A program made the translations under genes and the position numbers. Below are positions 54,939-64,000 of a stretch of 64,000 nucleotides of DNA, piece after piece (positions within the stretch are counted from its first letter, which is position 1; every line of letters starts with the position of its first letter). The stretch lies in NCBI GenBank assembly GCA_031425495.1, contig JANPJL010000128.1:4184-68183 (forward strand), written 5' to 3'. The notes beneath the pieces are model-generated. The model was not told the origin of the DNA. It was given only the letters and a program-made list of their open reading frames with translations, and made no database searches. This DNA is from Acidobacteriota bacterium. Its GTDB lineage: Bacteria > Acidobacteriota > Blastocatellia > Pyrinomonadales > Pyrinomonadaceae.

Positions 54939-56354
54939 CTAATTATTTTGATCAGCGGTACATTCCGATTTCGTTAACTCCGAATTGGAGCAAGTCGCAC
55001 CGGATGCTTCCGTTTCCAAACCCGCGTCCATCCACGCTTCGGTACCGCCGGTTACGTTATAGATTTCACGGAAACCGGCATTCTCGAGAATGCTGGTTGC
55101 GAGGCTAGAGCGATAACCGCTCTGACAAAGAACGTAAGTGGGCTTTTCGGGAGCAAGCTTTCCGACCTCTTTTGCCAAAATATGGAGCGGTAGATTCATC
55201 GCATTTCTGGCATGTCCGGACGCATGTTCGGCGGGCCGACGCACATCGACGAACTGCACATCTCCATCCTTAGTAGCATCATTCGCCTGATCAACCGGGA
55301 CCTGGTGGACCTTCTTCGTTTCGCCCCTATAATCATCGATCAAAATATATCCCTTGACGGTTTCGATACCGACGCGGGCAAGACGCATAAAGGCCTCGTC
55401 CACTTTTTCCTGATCTTCGGCGATAATTGCGACCGGTGTTCCAATTGCAATCAACGTTCCGGCCCACGGGGCAAACTGTCCCTGAAGGCCGATGTTGATT
55501 GAGTTTGGGATGTGACCTGCTCCGAATTCCGGACCTGAACGTGTGTCGAGCACAACGCCATTAAAATTTCCAATTTCCTCCGATGTCATTGCCACTGGTC
55601 TCGGCAGATCTTCGAGGGGGGCGGCCCCTCGCATATTCTCAGCTGAGCTTTCCTCAAAATATGCCGGAACTTCGAGTTGATCCTCCGCAACGATCTTTAT
55701 AAAGTCTTCTTTCGACATTGGCTGTAAAGCGTAATTGGTCTGACGCTGCTCTCCGAGAGTTGACCATGTTTCCTTTGACAGCGATTTTCCACAAAGTGAT
55801 CCCGCGCCGTGAGCCGGATAGACCTCCGTGTCATCGGGAAGAGGCAAGATCTTTTTGCGAAGCGAGTCATAAAGCATCCCTCCCATTTCTTCGGCCGTAA
55901 AACCTTTCGAGCCGATAAGGTCAGGTCTGCCTACATCCCCGATAAAAAGCGCGTCGCCGGTAAACATTTTTACAGGTGCGGCGTCTTCTGTATTCTCGGC
56001 GAGGACGGTAATTCCTTCCGGCGTGTGTCCCGGCGTTTCCATGAATTTGAGATTGATCTTGCCGACAGCAAATTCATCGCCATCTCTGACTTGGTGCGTC
56101 GGAAACTGGGTATCCGCTTTGTGACCATAAACGATTTCTGCACCGGTTTTCTTGGCAAGCTCAATGTGCCCGCTGACAAAGTCTGCGTGGGAGTGGGTCT
56201 CGATAATGTATTTTATTTTCTGGTTGTTCCCTGCCGCTTCGTCCAGGTACTGCTGAATATCGCGCTGCGGATCGATAACGGCCGCTTCCCCTTCTGAGCC
56301 AATGTAATACGACGCATGTGAAAGACAGCCTAAATAAAATTGCTTGAATTGCAT
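54939..56354 (-). CDS. MBL-fold persulfide dioxygenase fused to two rhodanese domains (Blh/CstB-like)
   Basis: The ATG at 56354 gives MQFKQFYLGCLSHASYYIGS...ETHSHADFVSGH. There are two rhodanese modules, the second with the active-site loop VLCQSGYRS. Confidence 0.85.
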   Translation of the reverse strand: MQFKQFYLGCLSHASYYIGSEGEAAVIDPQRDIQQYLDEAAGNNQKIKYIIETHSHADFVSGHIELAKKTGAEIVYGHKADTQFPTHQVRDGDEFAVGKINLKFMETPGHTPEGITVLAENTEDAAPVKMFTGDALFIGDVGRPDLIGSKGFTAEEMGGMLYDSLRKKILPLPDDTEVYPAHGAGSLCGKSLSKETWSTLGEQRQTNYALQPMSKEDFIKIVAEDQLEVPAYFEESSAENMRGAAPLEDLPRPVAMTSEEIGNFNGVVLDTRSGPEFGAGHIPNSINIGLQGQFAPWAGTLIAIGTPVAIIAEDQEKVDEAFMRLARVGIETVKGYILIDDYRGETKKVHQVPVDQANDATKDGDVQFVDVRRPAEHASGHARNAMNLPLHILAKEVGKLAPEKPTYVLCQSGYRSSLATSILENAGFREIYNVTGGTEAWMDAGLETEASGATCSNSELTKSECTADQNN

Positions 56355-56358
56355 AAAT

Positions 56359-57132
56359 TTATCCTCCAAATAAGACCGAATAATTCTTCGCAAAGAGAAA
56401 GACAGCGACTCCTAAAACGAACACGGCAAAACCTGTTTGAAGTTTTTCGGGAGCTACACGGTGTGAAATAAGTGTCCCGAAGATCGTTCCCGTTACCGCC
56501 AAAACTGTCACCAGCGCCGTTAGATTCCAGTCAAAATGGTTTTGGCTGGCGTGTCCGACGATACCGGCGACGCAGTTTACAAAGATCACAAAGAGCGATG
56601 TGCCGATTGCATCTTTCATCCCTGACCCGCCAAACATCACAAGCGCGGGCACTATCAAGAAACCGCCGCCAACGCCTAAAAATCCGGTCAGAATACCGAT
56701 TCCCAATCCTGCCATCAGTGCTTTCCAGACGATTAGTGCCTTTGTGTCTGTTTGGTCTCTTTCGTCGCTTGCCTTGGTGCGAAGCATCAAAGATCCAACC
56801 GTTAACATGAGCACTGCAAACGCCATCATCAACGCGGCCGGAGATAAAAGAAGAGTCAAGGGTGAGCCTAGCAGCGCTCCAATGATGCCCGCTACCCCAA
56901 ATATCAAACCCGTTCTCAACTGCACGGCCCCGCGTCGGTAATGCAAAAAGGACCCGACCAGACTGGTCGCCCCAACAACGGCCAGTGACATGCCGACCGC
57001 CTCGTGAGCTTCGACGCCGAGTACGTATACCAAGACGGGAACCGTAATGATCGAGCCGCCGCCGCCGATCAGCCCCAGCGAGAGACCGATCAGCGCGCTC
57101 AATACCAAACCCAAAATCAAAAAGATATTCAC
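56359..57132 (-). CDS. TauE/SafE family sulfite/anion exporter
   Basis: Seven to eight TM helices and duplicated GIGGG / GVGGGF motifs. Confidence 0.85.
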   Translation of the reverse strand: MNIFLILGLVLSALIGLSLGLIGGGGSIITVPVLVYVLGVEAHEAVGMSLAVVGATSLVGSFLHYRRGAVQLRTGLIFGVAGIIGALLGSPLTLLLSPAALMMAFAVLMLTVGSLMLRTKASDERDQTDTKALIVWKALMAGLGIGILTGFLGVGGGFLIVPALVMFGGSGMKDAIGTSLFVIFVNCVAGIVGHASQNHFDWNLTALVTVLAVTGTIFGTLISHRVAPEKLQTGFAVFVLGVAVFLFAKNYSVLFGG

Positions 57133-57139
57133 GATGAGG

Positions 57140-57706
57140 TTAGGTTATTTGCGTGGCGGTTCCGCATACCGCGCCGTTATTCCTGTTCCACGGCATTTTC
57201 GCCAATAGCATAGCCATAGTGCAGGTATCGGTCGCGGCCGCAAATACCAAACCTGCGCCGACAAACGTCGACAGTGCCACAAAATACGGATGGATCAGCC
57301 ACGATAAACCCACGCCGAGAACCACAAGCGAACCCGCCGCAAATCGCACTTGTCTCTCTAAAGACCAAACAGCTTTAGCGTCTATTTCAAATTCGAATCC
57401 GGCAGCTTTCCACGCCTCAAAACCGCCCCTCACGTTCCGCACATCCGAAAACCCAATCGAAAGCAATTTCCTCTGAGCATCCGAACCACGTTTCCCGCTG
57501 CGGCAGATCAAATACGTCGTCTTATCGCGATCAATTTCCGTATAACGCTTGTCTATGTCGCCGAGCGGAATAAGTCTTGCCCCATTTACACGTCCACCCG
57601 CAAACTCCGGGTACTCTCGGACGTCGATTAGGTTTACTGCCCCGGTCTCCACATGATGTTTCAGTTCGATGACGTCGCATTCATGCATCTTCAATTTTTC
57701 AGCCAT
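57140..57706 (-). CDS. rhodanese domain fused to a two-TM YgaP/DUF2892-like membrane module
   Basis: AGGAG RBS before the ATG at 57706. LIDVREYPEFAGG...YLICRSGKRG, then two hydrophobic helices. Confidence 0.8.
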   Translation of the reverse strand: MAEKLKMHECDVIELKHHVETGAVNLIDVREYPEFAGGRVNGARLIPLGDIDKRYTEIDRDKTTYLICRSGKRGSDAQRKLLSIGFSDVRNVRGGFEAWKAAGFEFEIDAKAVWSLERQVRFAAGSLVVLGVGLSWLIHPYFVALSTFVGAGLVFAAATDTCTMAMLLAKMPWNRNNGAVCGTATQIT

Positions 57707-57760
57707 AAGTTTCTCCTGTATTGAGTGTTGCGCTAGAATCAAACACTACCGTAACGTAAA

Positions 57761-57786
57761 TATCACTATACAGTAATATAGTGATA
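57761..57786. promoter_or_regulatory. candidate operator of the ArsR/BigR-like repressor
   Basis: Perfect 10-bp inverted repeat TATCACTATA-N6-TATAGTGATA in the 102-bp divergent spacer between the rhodanese operon and the regulator gene. Confidence 0.6.
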
Positions 57787-57808
57787 GAGCAATGCCGAAA
57801 AGTAAAAG

Positions 57809-58144
57809 ATGAAAGAGAAAGTAGAATTAAGTGACGAGGCGTTAGAAATGATTGCCGGCAGATTTCGACAGATGGCCGATCCGGTGCGGCTGAAAATTCT
57901 CTACACGCTCGGCGATGGTGAAATGAATGTAACCGACCTGGTTAAGGCAACCGGTGCCGGACAAGCCAATGTCTCCAAACATCTTGGGACCTTGCTCAAC
58001 GCAGAAATTGTTGCGCGCCGAAAAGATGGCCTGAACGCAATTTATCGCGTTTCGGACGAAACGATTTTTAAATTATGCGAAGTCGTTTGCTCTAGTCTCA
58101 AAACTCAACTCAAGACTCGCCACGACGTATTACTCGGACTCTAA
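57809..58144 (+). CDS. ArsR/SmtB-family transcriptional regulator (BigR-like)
   Basis: F..MADP.RLKILY.L..GE..V.DL......Q.NVSKHL..L....IV.RRK.G....Y winged-helix signature. C-terminal LCEVVCS cysteines. Confidence 0.85.
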   Translation: MKEKVELSDEALEMIAGRFRQMADPVRLKILYTLGDGEMNVTDLVKATGAGQANVSKHLGTLLNAEIVARRKDGLNAIYRVSDETIFKLCEVVCSSLKTQLKTRHDVLLGL

Positions 58145-58217
58145 AGGATCCTAATACCAAACATTGGCGGGAAAGTGCGCTGAACTCGAACGGGTGAAAT
58201 GCGGTTTGACGAGAGGC

Positions 58218-58266
58218 CGTCCGCGTTCTTAGTGGAAGGTCGCGTGTTCAAGTCACCCCGGGAGCT
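58218..58266 (+). pseudogene. partial copy of the tRNA-Arg 3' half (anticodon arm to acceptor end)
   Basis: 43 of 49 positions are identical to 54118-54166 by hand alignment, including GTGGAAGGTCGCGTGTTC and CCGGGAGC. Same strand as the intact tRNA. Confidence 0.75.
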
Positions 58267-58458
58267 AAATCTTAAATTCACGACACATCGGAGCGGTGAC
58301 TTTTCTGCAAGAACGATCCAGGGATGCTTACGTGGGGCCGTATCGGAATTGGGTGGCTATGAGCCGATCTTGGTCTCTACGGTGCTATCATAATATTACT
58401 ACGTGCCGACATGGCTTTGGCTACGGAATGCCTCAACGACCGGGCAAGAATACTGGAT

Positions 58459-59520
58459 ATGCTGATATCAACTGAACCAATCGGAAGTATTCCGCGACCG
58501 CTTGCATTGATCGACGCAGTAGCGGAGCATGCCGGCGATGACGCGGTGTTGGAACCGCTCTATGACGAGGCGATACGCGACACGATCGAGCGGTTCGAGG
58601 CGACTGGCTCGCCGGTGGTTACGGACGGCGAACAGCGCAAATATCATAACTTTTGGACCTATAGTGTTCATGGTTTGCCGAACACCGCACCGGATGGCTT
58701 CAAGATACCGTTCGAGGCGGGCCATACGCGACGCATGCTAAGGCTTACCGGCGGCCCTTTCCGGTATCAACGTCGAGCGGACATCTATCTCGATAAAGCG
58801 TTGCGTTACGCCAAGGTGCCGGTTAAGCAAGCGATCATTTCACCCTCGGCACTTAGCTTGATGTACCCTCTGGACGAAATTCCAGGATACTCGCGAGAGG
58901 AGTTCATCCACGATCTGCTGAATGAACACGAGACCGAGATCCGAAACTGCCTGCAAAAAGGAGCGTTCAAGGTTCAGGTCGACTTCACTGAAGGGCGGCT
59001 CGCCGTCAAGCTTGACCCGAGCGGTGAACTGCTCCGCCGGTTCATTGAAATGAATAATATGGCGCTGTCCCGCTTCTCGGCCGAAGATCGACAGCGGATC
59101 GGAGTGCATACTTGTCCCGGTGGTGACCGTGATTCGACTCACAGTGCCGATGTGGATTATGCCGAGCTGCTGCCCAGCCTTTTCGAGTTGAAGGCCGGTA
59201 ATTTTTACGTTGCCCTCGCAGGCGAATCGGATCGGGTCCGCGTACTGAAGATCATCCGCGAACATATGAAGCCGGATCAGCGCATTTTCGTCGGCGTTGT
59301 CGCTCCGATCGATCCGCGGATCGAGACGCCCGAGGAAGTCAGGGACCGCACGCTTGAAGCGGCGGAGCATATCCCGATCGAACAACTCGGCACGACGGAC
59401 GATTGCGGATTTGCACCTTTCTGCGACGATACCTCCACCAGTCGTGATACGGCCTTTGCAAAGATCCAGGCCCGCGTTGAAGGTACCGCACTCGCTTCCA
59501 AAATTCTGGGAGGTCAATGA
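58459..59520 (+). CDS. cobalamin-independent methionine synthase (MetE C-terminal domain-like) family protein
   Basis: EPIGSIPRP....., GVHTCPGGD, ..TDDCGF motifs resemble the Zn/homocysteine site. The start may be 58411 or 58459. Confidence 0.65.
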   Translation: MLISTEPIGSIPRPLALIDAVAEHAGDDAVLEPLYDEAIRDTIERFEATGSPVVTDGEQRKYHNFWTYSVHGLPNTAPDGFKIPFEAGHTRRMLRLTGGPFRYQRRADIYLDKALRYAKVPVKQAIISPSALSLMYPLDEIPGYSREEFIHDLLNEHETEIRNCLQKGAFKVQVDFTEGRLAVKLDPSGELLRRFIEMNNMALSRFSAEDRQRIGVHTCPGGDRDSTHSADVDYAELLPSLFELKAGNFYVALAGESDRVRVLKIIREHMKPDQRIFVGVVAPIDPRIETPEEVRDRTLEAAEHIPIEQLGTTDDCGFAPFCDDTSTSRDTAFAKIQARVEGTALASKILGGQ

Positions 59521-61550
59521 TGTCGCCCGACGACGAAGAAAAACTTTTGAGATCGGTCGCCATGCAGAACGCCAAGAGCATTCTCCTGGCGCGGCAGCGT
59601 GCTGAAGAAGAGCTGGTCGGTGCGAAAGAAGCCCTAGAGCTGAAAACGCAGCAGCTCGCTCACTCGCTTGCGATGATGCGTGCGACGCTTGAATCCACCA
59701 CCGACGGAATTCTGGTTACCGACAGGGCCGGCAACGTTACCGGCTTCAACGAAAAATTTGTACAGATGTGGGGCGTGTCCCTCGATCGAGAGGACCTCAA
59801 GCAGCACCGGCTCATCTTAAATGAGACCGGCCAGTATTTCGATGAGCCAAGTTACTTCCTTGAGCGGATCCAGTCTATTTATGACACGTCTCCGCCGGAG
59901 AGTTACGACCTGTTGGAGCTCTCCGATGGAAGGGTGATCGAACGATTCTCGAAGATCCAGTTCGTCGACGGACAAAACGCGGGCCGAGTCTGGAGTTTCC
60001 AGGACATAACCCAGCGGCGACAGGCCGAGCGACAACTACAGGAAAGCGAGAAGGAATTCCGTCAGTTGGCCGACGCGATGCCGCAGATCGTGTGGACGGC
60101 CAAACCCGACGGTACGGTCGATTATTACAACCACCGTTGGTTTGAGTATGTTCGCCCCGACAATCAACCCGCTGAGGACGGCGATTGGGATCGATTCGTT
60201 CACGCCGATGACCGGGCCCCGGTCCAACGGCGATGGGCCGACGCGCTTGATTCAGGGGAGCCTTATAAAGTTGAATGCCGGATCGTCGGGGCGGATGGAA
60301 CTTATCGCTGGTTTCTGGGACGGGCGTTGCCGGTGGCGGATGACCGGGGAAATATCGTCAGATGGTTCGGCACCTGGACGGATATTCACGAAGAGAAAGA
60401 AACGGCGGACGAACTGCGTGACGTAGCGGCCAGACTATCCGAGGCCGACCGCCGGAAGGATGAGTTTATTGCGATGCTGGCCCACGAGCTTCGAAATCCT
60501 CTCGCGCCGATCCGGAACGCGCTCGAGATAATGCGCGCAACCGATGACATGGGAACCGGTCTCCGTTCGGCGTCCGAAATGATGGAACGTCAGGTACGGC
60601 AATTAGTACGCTTGGTCGACGACCTGCTCGATGTCAGTCGAATCAGTCGAGGAAAGATCAATTTGCGCCGAGATGTGATCGAACTGGGTTCGGTCATATC
60701 GGACGCTACCGATGCCGCGCGGGAATCGTGCGAAAGCGGCGGCGTTGAATTGTCGGTGAAGCCCGCGGCTATACCGATCTTATTGAATGGTGACGCGGCA
60801 CGGCTCACTCAGGCGATCGGAAATTTGCTTAACAATAGCTGCAAATTCACCGACAAAGGTGGACGCATTGAGCTGAGCGTCGAGCGCGAGAGTGACGCGG
60901 CAGTGATCCGCGTTCGCGACACCGGTATCGGCATGTCGCCTGATCAGATACCCTATATTTTCGACATGTTCGTCCAGGCGGACACATCGCTCGAGCGCAC
61001 CGGGAGCGGGTTAGGGATCGGACTAAAACTCGTCAAGAACCTTGTGGAAATGCATGGGGGGATAGTCGAGGCCTCGAGTGCCGGGCTTGGTAAGGGAAGT
61101 GAGTTCGTAGTCCGCTTACCGGCGATAAATGACTTCGAGGAATTGCCCCGTTCGGCAGAGGGGATCCCGGCATCGAAGGCTTCGGTCCTCGGCCGACGAA
61201 TTCTGGTGGTTGACGATAATCTTGATTCTGCAGAGTCTATGTCGTTACTGCTTGCAATATCCGGTCACGACGTACGGACCGTTCATGACGGGCTCGCGGC
61301 GGTCGAGACTGCCGCGTCCTTTCGTCCGGAGATCGTATTGCTCGATATCGGCTTACCGAAATTGAACGGCTACGAAGCGGCTAGAAGAATCAGGAGCGAG
61401 CATTGGGGCAAGAGGATGTATCTAATGGCCCTTACCGGTTGGGGTCAGGACAAGGACCGAGAGCGGTCCAAAGAGGCGGGGTTCGATTGCCATCTGGTAA
61501 AACCGATCGATCCGGTCGAGCTGATGAAGCGATTGGCGGACGTAGAATAG
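59517..61550 (+). CDS. hybrid sensor histidine kinase / response regulator with two PAS domains
   Basis: PAS (TTDGILVTD; ...QIVWTAKPDGTVDYYN.RW), HisKA (FIAMLAHELRNPL), HATPase (DTGIGM...GSGLGIGL), and receiver (ILVVDDN...LDIGLP..NG). The ATGA overlap links it to the preceding gene. Confidence 0.88.
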   Translation: MMSPDDEEKLLRSVAMQNAKSILLARQRAEEELVGAKEALELKTQQLAHSLAMMRATLESTTDGILVTDRAGNVTGFNEKFVQMWGVSLDREDLKQHRLILNETGQYFDEPSYFLERIQSIYDTSPPESYDLLELSDGRVIERFSKIQFVDGQNAGRVWSFQDITQRRQAERQLQESEKEFRQLADAMPQIVWTAKPDGTVDYYNHRWFEYVRPDNQPAEDGDWDRFVHADDRAPVQRRWADALDSGEPYKVECRIVGADGTYRWFLGRALPVADDRGNIVRWFGTWTDIHEEKETADELRDVAARLSEADRRKDEFIAMLAHELRNPLAPIRNALEIMRATDDMGTGLRSASEMMERQVRQLVRLVDDLLDVSRISRGKINLRRDVIELGSVISDATDAARESCESGGVELSVKPAAIPILLNGDAARLTQAIGNLLNNSCKFTDKGGRIELSVERESDAAVIRVRDTGIGMSPDQIPYIFDMFVQADTSLERTGSGLGIGLKLVKNLVEMHGGIVEASSAGLGKGSEFVVRLPAINDFEELPRSAEGIPASKASVLGRRILVVDDNLDSAESMSLLLAISGHDVRTVHDGLAAVETAASFRPEIVLLDIGLPKLNGYEAARRIRSEHWGKRMYLMALTGWGQDKDRERSKEAGFDCHLVKPIDPVELMKRLADVE

Positions 61551-61737
61551 AGCAGTCGTGGCATTAGAACCGCGGCTGAGTTGTCGCACCTGTAAAAAAT
61601 TGCTGATTCTTTGGAATCACGCGCCGAATGAACCTTTCTATTAAGTGAACGGAAAACAACGGTGATCAGCACAGTGGCAGACATTTTCATATGTCTTGAT
61701 AGCCGGCGAACTCTATTCACAATCTCTTATACTCGCG

Positions 61738-61769
61738 AAAAACCGCATTTCAACTGAATGCGGTTTTTC
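61738..61769 (+). terminator. intrinsic terminator hairpin
   Basis: AAAAA-CCGCATT-TCAACTG-AATGCGG-TTTTT. Confidence 0.6.
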
Positions 61770-61845
61770 TATTTTCCGGGTGCCCGCACTTTCCCATCCT
61801 CAAACCGGTCTTCAAATTTCCCGGCGAATGTGGCAAGTTAAAACC

Positions 61846-63477
61846 ATGCGAAAGATCATAACCGCGGAAGAAATGCGCGAGATCGATCGGCTCACGAGTG
61901 AGCGTTACGGAATTCCTCCACTGTTGTTGATGGAGAACGCCTCGCATGCCGCAAGCCGGGCGATCGCTGAAAAGCTCGGAGGGTCGGTCGAAGGGAAGTC
62001 GGTGTTGATCCTTTGCGGCAAAGGCAACAACGGCGGCGACGGTGCTGCGTTGGGCCGGATACTGTGGCTGCAGGGGGCGGATGTCGAGGTTTGCTTGTTC
62101 GGTTTGGCGGACGACACAAAAGACGAAGCTCGCGCAAATTTCGAGATCCTGAAGAAAATTTCGGACGATGAAGGGTTCGAGTTGACGCAGTCTGATCTGG
62201 CGTTCGAGGAGATCACGAGCCTCGAGGAATGGCTCGATTATGACAGCGTCAATTTCCACTGTGACGACCCCGACGTGATCGTTGACGCCCTTGTCGGGAC
62301 CGGACTGACCAGGCCGCTCGATGGCGTCTTCGAACAAGTCGCGGCATTCATCGATGCATTCTGCGACGAGGGTTGCGGGTCCGATACGATTGTAGTGTCG
62401 CTCGATGTTCCGTCCGGTTTAAATGCGGACTCGGCGGAACGATTGGGTGCAAACGCACGAGCCCATCTGACCGTAACTTTCACTGCACCAAAACTTGCTA
62501 ACGTAATGCCGCCGGCCTCGAATTATGGCGGCGATCTGGTCGTAGCGAACATTGGTTCACCCTGTAATCTCGTAAGCGATGCAGTGTCGAAAACATTCGT
62601 CGCCGAAAGGGAAGACGCGGCCCGCTGGTTAGCTCAGACCGAGTTTTCAAACGATTCCTACAAGAGCAAGCGTGGGCATGCGTTGCTGATCGCCGGGTCG
62701 GCGGACTATAGCGGTGCCGCCGTCTTATGCGGCAACGCGGCGATCCGGTCCGGTGCCGGACTTGTGACCATAGCTACGTCTCGCTCGTCACGCGATTCGA
62801 TCGCTGTACGCGTATCACCCGAGGTGATCGTCCGTGGCATTGCCGAGACGGAGGCGGGAGCTATATCGGAGAAGGCATTCGAGGAGATCCGAGAATTGTC
62901 GGCGAACGTCGATGTCATCGCCATCGGGAGTGGCCTCAGCTCGAATGATGCACCCACTCGATCGCTCGTCCGCCGCGTCATCGAAGAGCGAACAACTCCG
63001 ATCATCATCGACGCAGACGGCCTTAACTCGCTCGCACCATTCGACCTCTCAGGCTCGGTCGAACTTCCCTTGATCTTAACTCCGCACGAGGGTGAATTTA
63101 AGAAGCTGTCGGCAAAAACTGAATTGACCGATCGTATCGCCGCCGCCCGCGCCTTTGCCGAAACGCATTCGGTGGTCCTCGTGCTAAAAGGTGAGCGGGT
63201 CGTGATCGCAGAACCCGGTGGCCGCGTCGTGATCAACCCGACCGGAAATTCGGGACTAGGAAAAGCCGGAAACGGGGATACGCTGACCGGAATTCTCGCC
63301 GGCTTTGTCGCCCAGGCGGCGCTCATGGGTATAGATATTTTCGACACGGTCGTCGCCGGCGTCTATATCGCGGGACTCGCCGGCGATATCGCATCGGACC
63401 GATTTGGAAAGAGAGTTATGACGGCGTCGGATACCGCCGAGGCGCTGGCCGAATGTTTTCGCGGGTTTGATGGATAG
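61846..63477 (+). CDS. nnr: bifunctional NAD(P)H-hydrate epimerase / ADP-dependent dehydratase
   Basis: The ATG at 61846 gives MRKIITAEEMREIDR...CGKGNNGGDG (YjeF_N). The C-terminal carbohydrate-kinase part has KGERVVIA...GNSGLGKAGNGDTLTG. Confidence 0.9.
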   Translation: MRKIITAEEMREIDRLTSERYGIPPLLLMENASHAASRAIAEKLGGSVEGKSVLILCGKGNNGGDGAALGRILWLQGADVEVCLFGLADDTKDEARANFEILKKISDDEGFELTQSDLAFEEITSLEEWLDYDSVNFHCDDPDVIVDALVGTGLTRPLDGVFEQVAAFIDAFCDEGCGSDTIVVSLDVPSGLNADSAERLGANARAHLTVTFTAPKLANVMPPASNYGGDLVVANIGSPCNLVSDAVSKTFVAEREDAARWLAQTEFSNDSYKSKRGHALLIAGSADYSGAAVLCGNAAIRSGAGLVTIATSRSSRDSIAVRVSPEVIVRGIAETEAGAISEKAFEEIRELSANVDVIAIGSGLSSNDAPTRSLVRRVIEERTTPIIIDADGLNSLAPFDLSGSVELPLILTPHEGEFKKLSAKTELTDRIAAARAFAETHSVVLVLKGERVVIAEPGGRVVINPTGNSGLGKAGNGDTLTGILAGFVAQAALMGIDIFDTVVAGVYIAGLAGDIASDRFGKRVMTASDTAEALAECFRGFDG

Positions 63478-63934
63478 ATCGAAAACAGTCGTTTCAGTGT
63501 CGGCCGATAATACGTTTGAACTCGGCGAGGAGCTCGGTGCGCAATTAAAAGGCGGCGACGTGATCCTGCTCACCGGCGGTCTCGGTGCGGGCAAGACGCT
63601 TTTAACGAAGGGAATTCTAAATGCGCTCTCATACGATATCGACGAGGTTACCAGTCCGAGTTTCACTCTCGTGAATCTGTACAAGGCCGAGGCGTTCGAT
63701 GTTTACCATATCGATCTTTGGCGGACGCAACCCGGCGAAGACGCGGCGTTCGCGATCGGACTGGACGAGATTCTGGAAGAAGCATCGGCCGTCAAGATAA
63801 TCGAGTGGGCCGAGCGGCTTGGACAGTTTCAGTTTGAATCGCCTGTCTATTCGATAGATATCACCGGCGACGGCGACGAGCCCCGCATGATCAAGATCGA
63901 AGTTCCGGAACGATCCGCTGCGAACAACGTCTAA
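63470..63934 (+). CDS. tsaE: tRNA threonylcarbamoyladenosine biosynthesis ATPase TsaE
   Basis: L.GGDVILLTGGLGAGKTLLTKGI...V.SPSFTLVN.Y......HIDLWR. It overlaps the nnr stop. Confidence 0.88.
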   Translation: MDRSKTVVSVSADNTFELGEELGAQLKGGDVILLTGGLGAGKTLLTKGILNALSYDIDEVTSPSFTLVNLYKAEAFDVYHIDLWRTQPGEDAAFAIGLDEILEEASAVKIIEWAERLGQFQFESPVYSIDITGDGDEPRMIKIEVPERSAANNV

Positions 63935-63943
63935 CCTGTTGTA

Positions 63944-64000
63944 ATGAAGATCACCCTTCTCTTGCTGCTGTGTCTGCTCTTCGCCGGGTGTGGAGCGTCG
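63944..64000 (+). CDS. start of a lipoprotein gene (partial, runs off the window)
   Basis: MKITLLLLLCLLFAGCGAS is a lipobox signal peptide. Confidence 0.45.
   Translation, partial: MKITLLLLLCLLFAGCGAS

Noticed and set aside
61445-61720. 91-aa minus-strand ORF between the histidine kinase and nnr
   Set aside because: It overlaps the kinase 3' end and has no recognisable motif or start context. The region is more likely a 3' UTR with the terminator at 61738-61769.

Overview
This is a chromosomal window from a moderately GC-rich bacterium. Gene content and protein style suggest an Acidobacteriota-like soil organism, but that is inference and was not verified. The backbone is housekeeping: radA (partial), a yacL-like PIN/TRAM gene, ispD, ispF, deoA, gltA, yvcK, glmU, glmS, qor, mutM, thiE, thiD, acyP, apt, nnr, tsaE, mglB-mglA, and tRNA-Val, tRNA-Asp and tRNA-Arg. 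No rRNA, CRISPR array, transposase, integrase or phage structural module is visible.

Accessory content worth a second look:
1. 10.4-20.0 kb: three tandem phage-tail-collar (T4 gp12 / MdpB-like) paralogs sit directly upstream of a 2099-aa beta-helix / Ig / FG-GAP surface protein. Next to them, a GNAT gene is flanked by two divergent small paralogs, one of them Tat-exported.
2. 54.1-58.3 kb: a ~4 kb sulfide/persulfide-detoxification island (ArsR/BigR-like regulator, MBL-rhodanese fusion, TauE, two more rhodaneses) lies between an intact tRNA-Arg and an 88 percent identical copy of the tRNA 3' half. It contains a truncated methyltransferase and a small membrane ORF with an in-frame UGA followed by a hairpin.
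3. A terminator/antiterminator leader precedes the homocysteine methyltransferase-MTHFR fusion gene.
4. Intergenic DNA is unusually dense in short-period (mostly 7 nt) tandem arrays. Many are arranged as inverted arms that would fold into long hairpins, and several start within 0-5 nt of stop codons.
5. A dispersed ~100-130 bp hairpin element built from degenerate CACGGAA/CACGAAA units occurs five times.
6. 26.6-30.9 kb: a run of secreted proteins of unknown function, including a G/Y/N/Q-rich low-complexity protein.

All protein calls come from reading the translations and recognising motifs. No database search was run.
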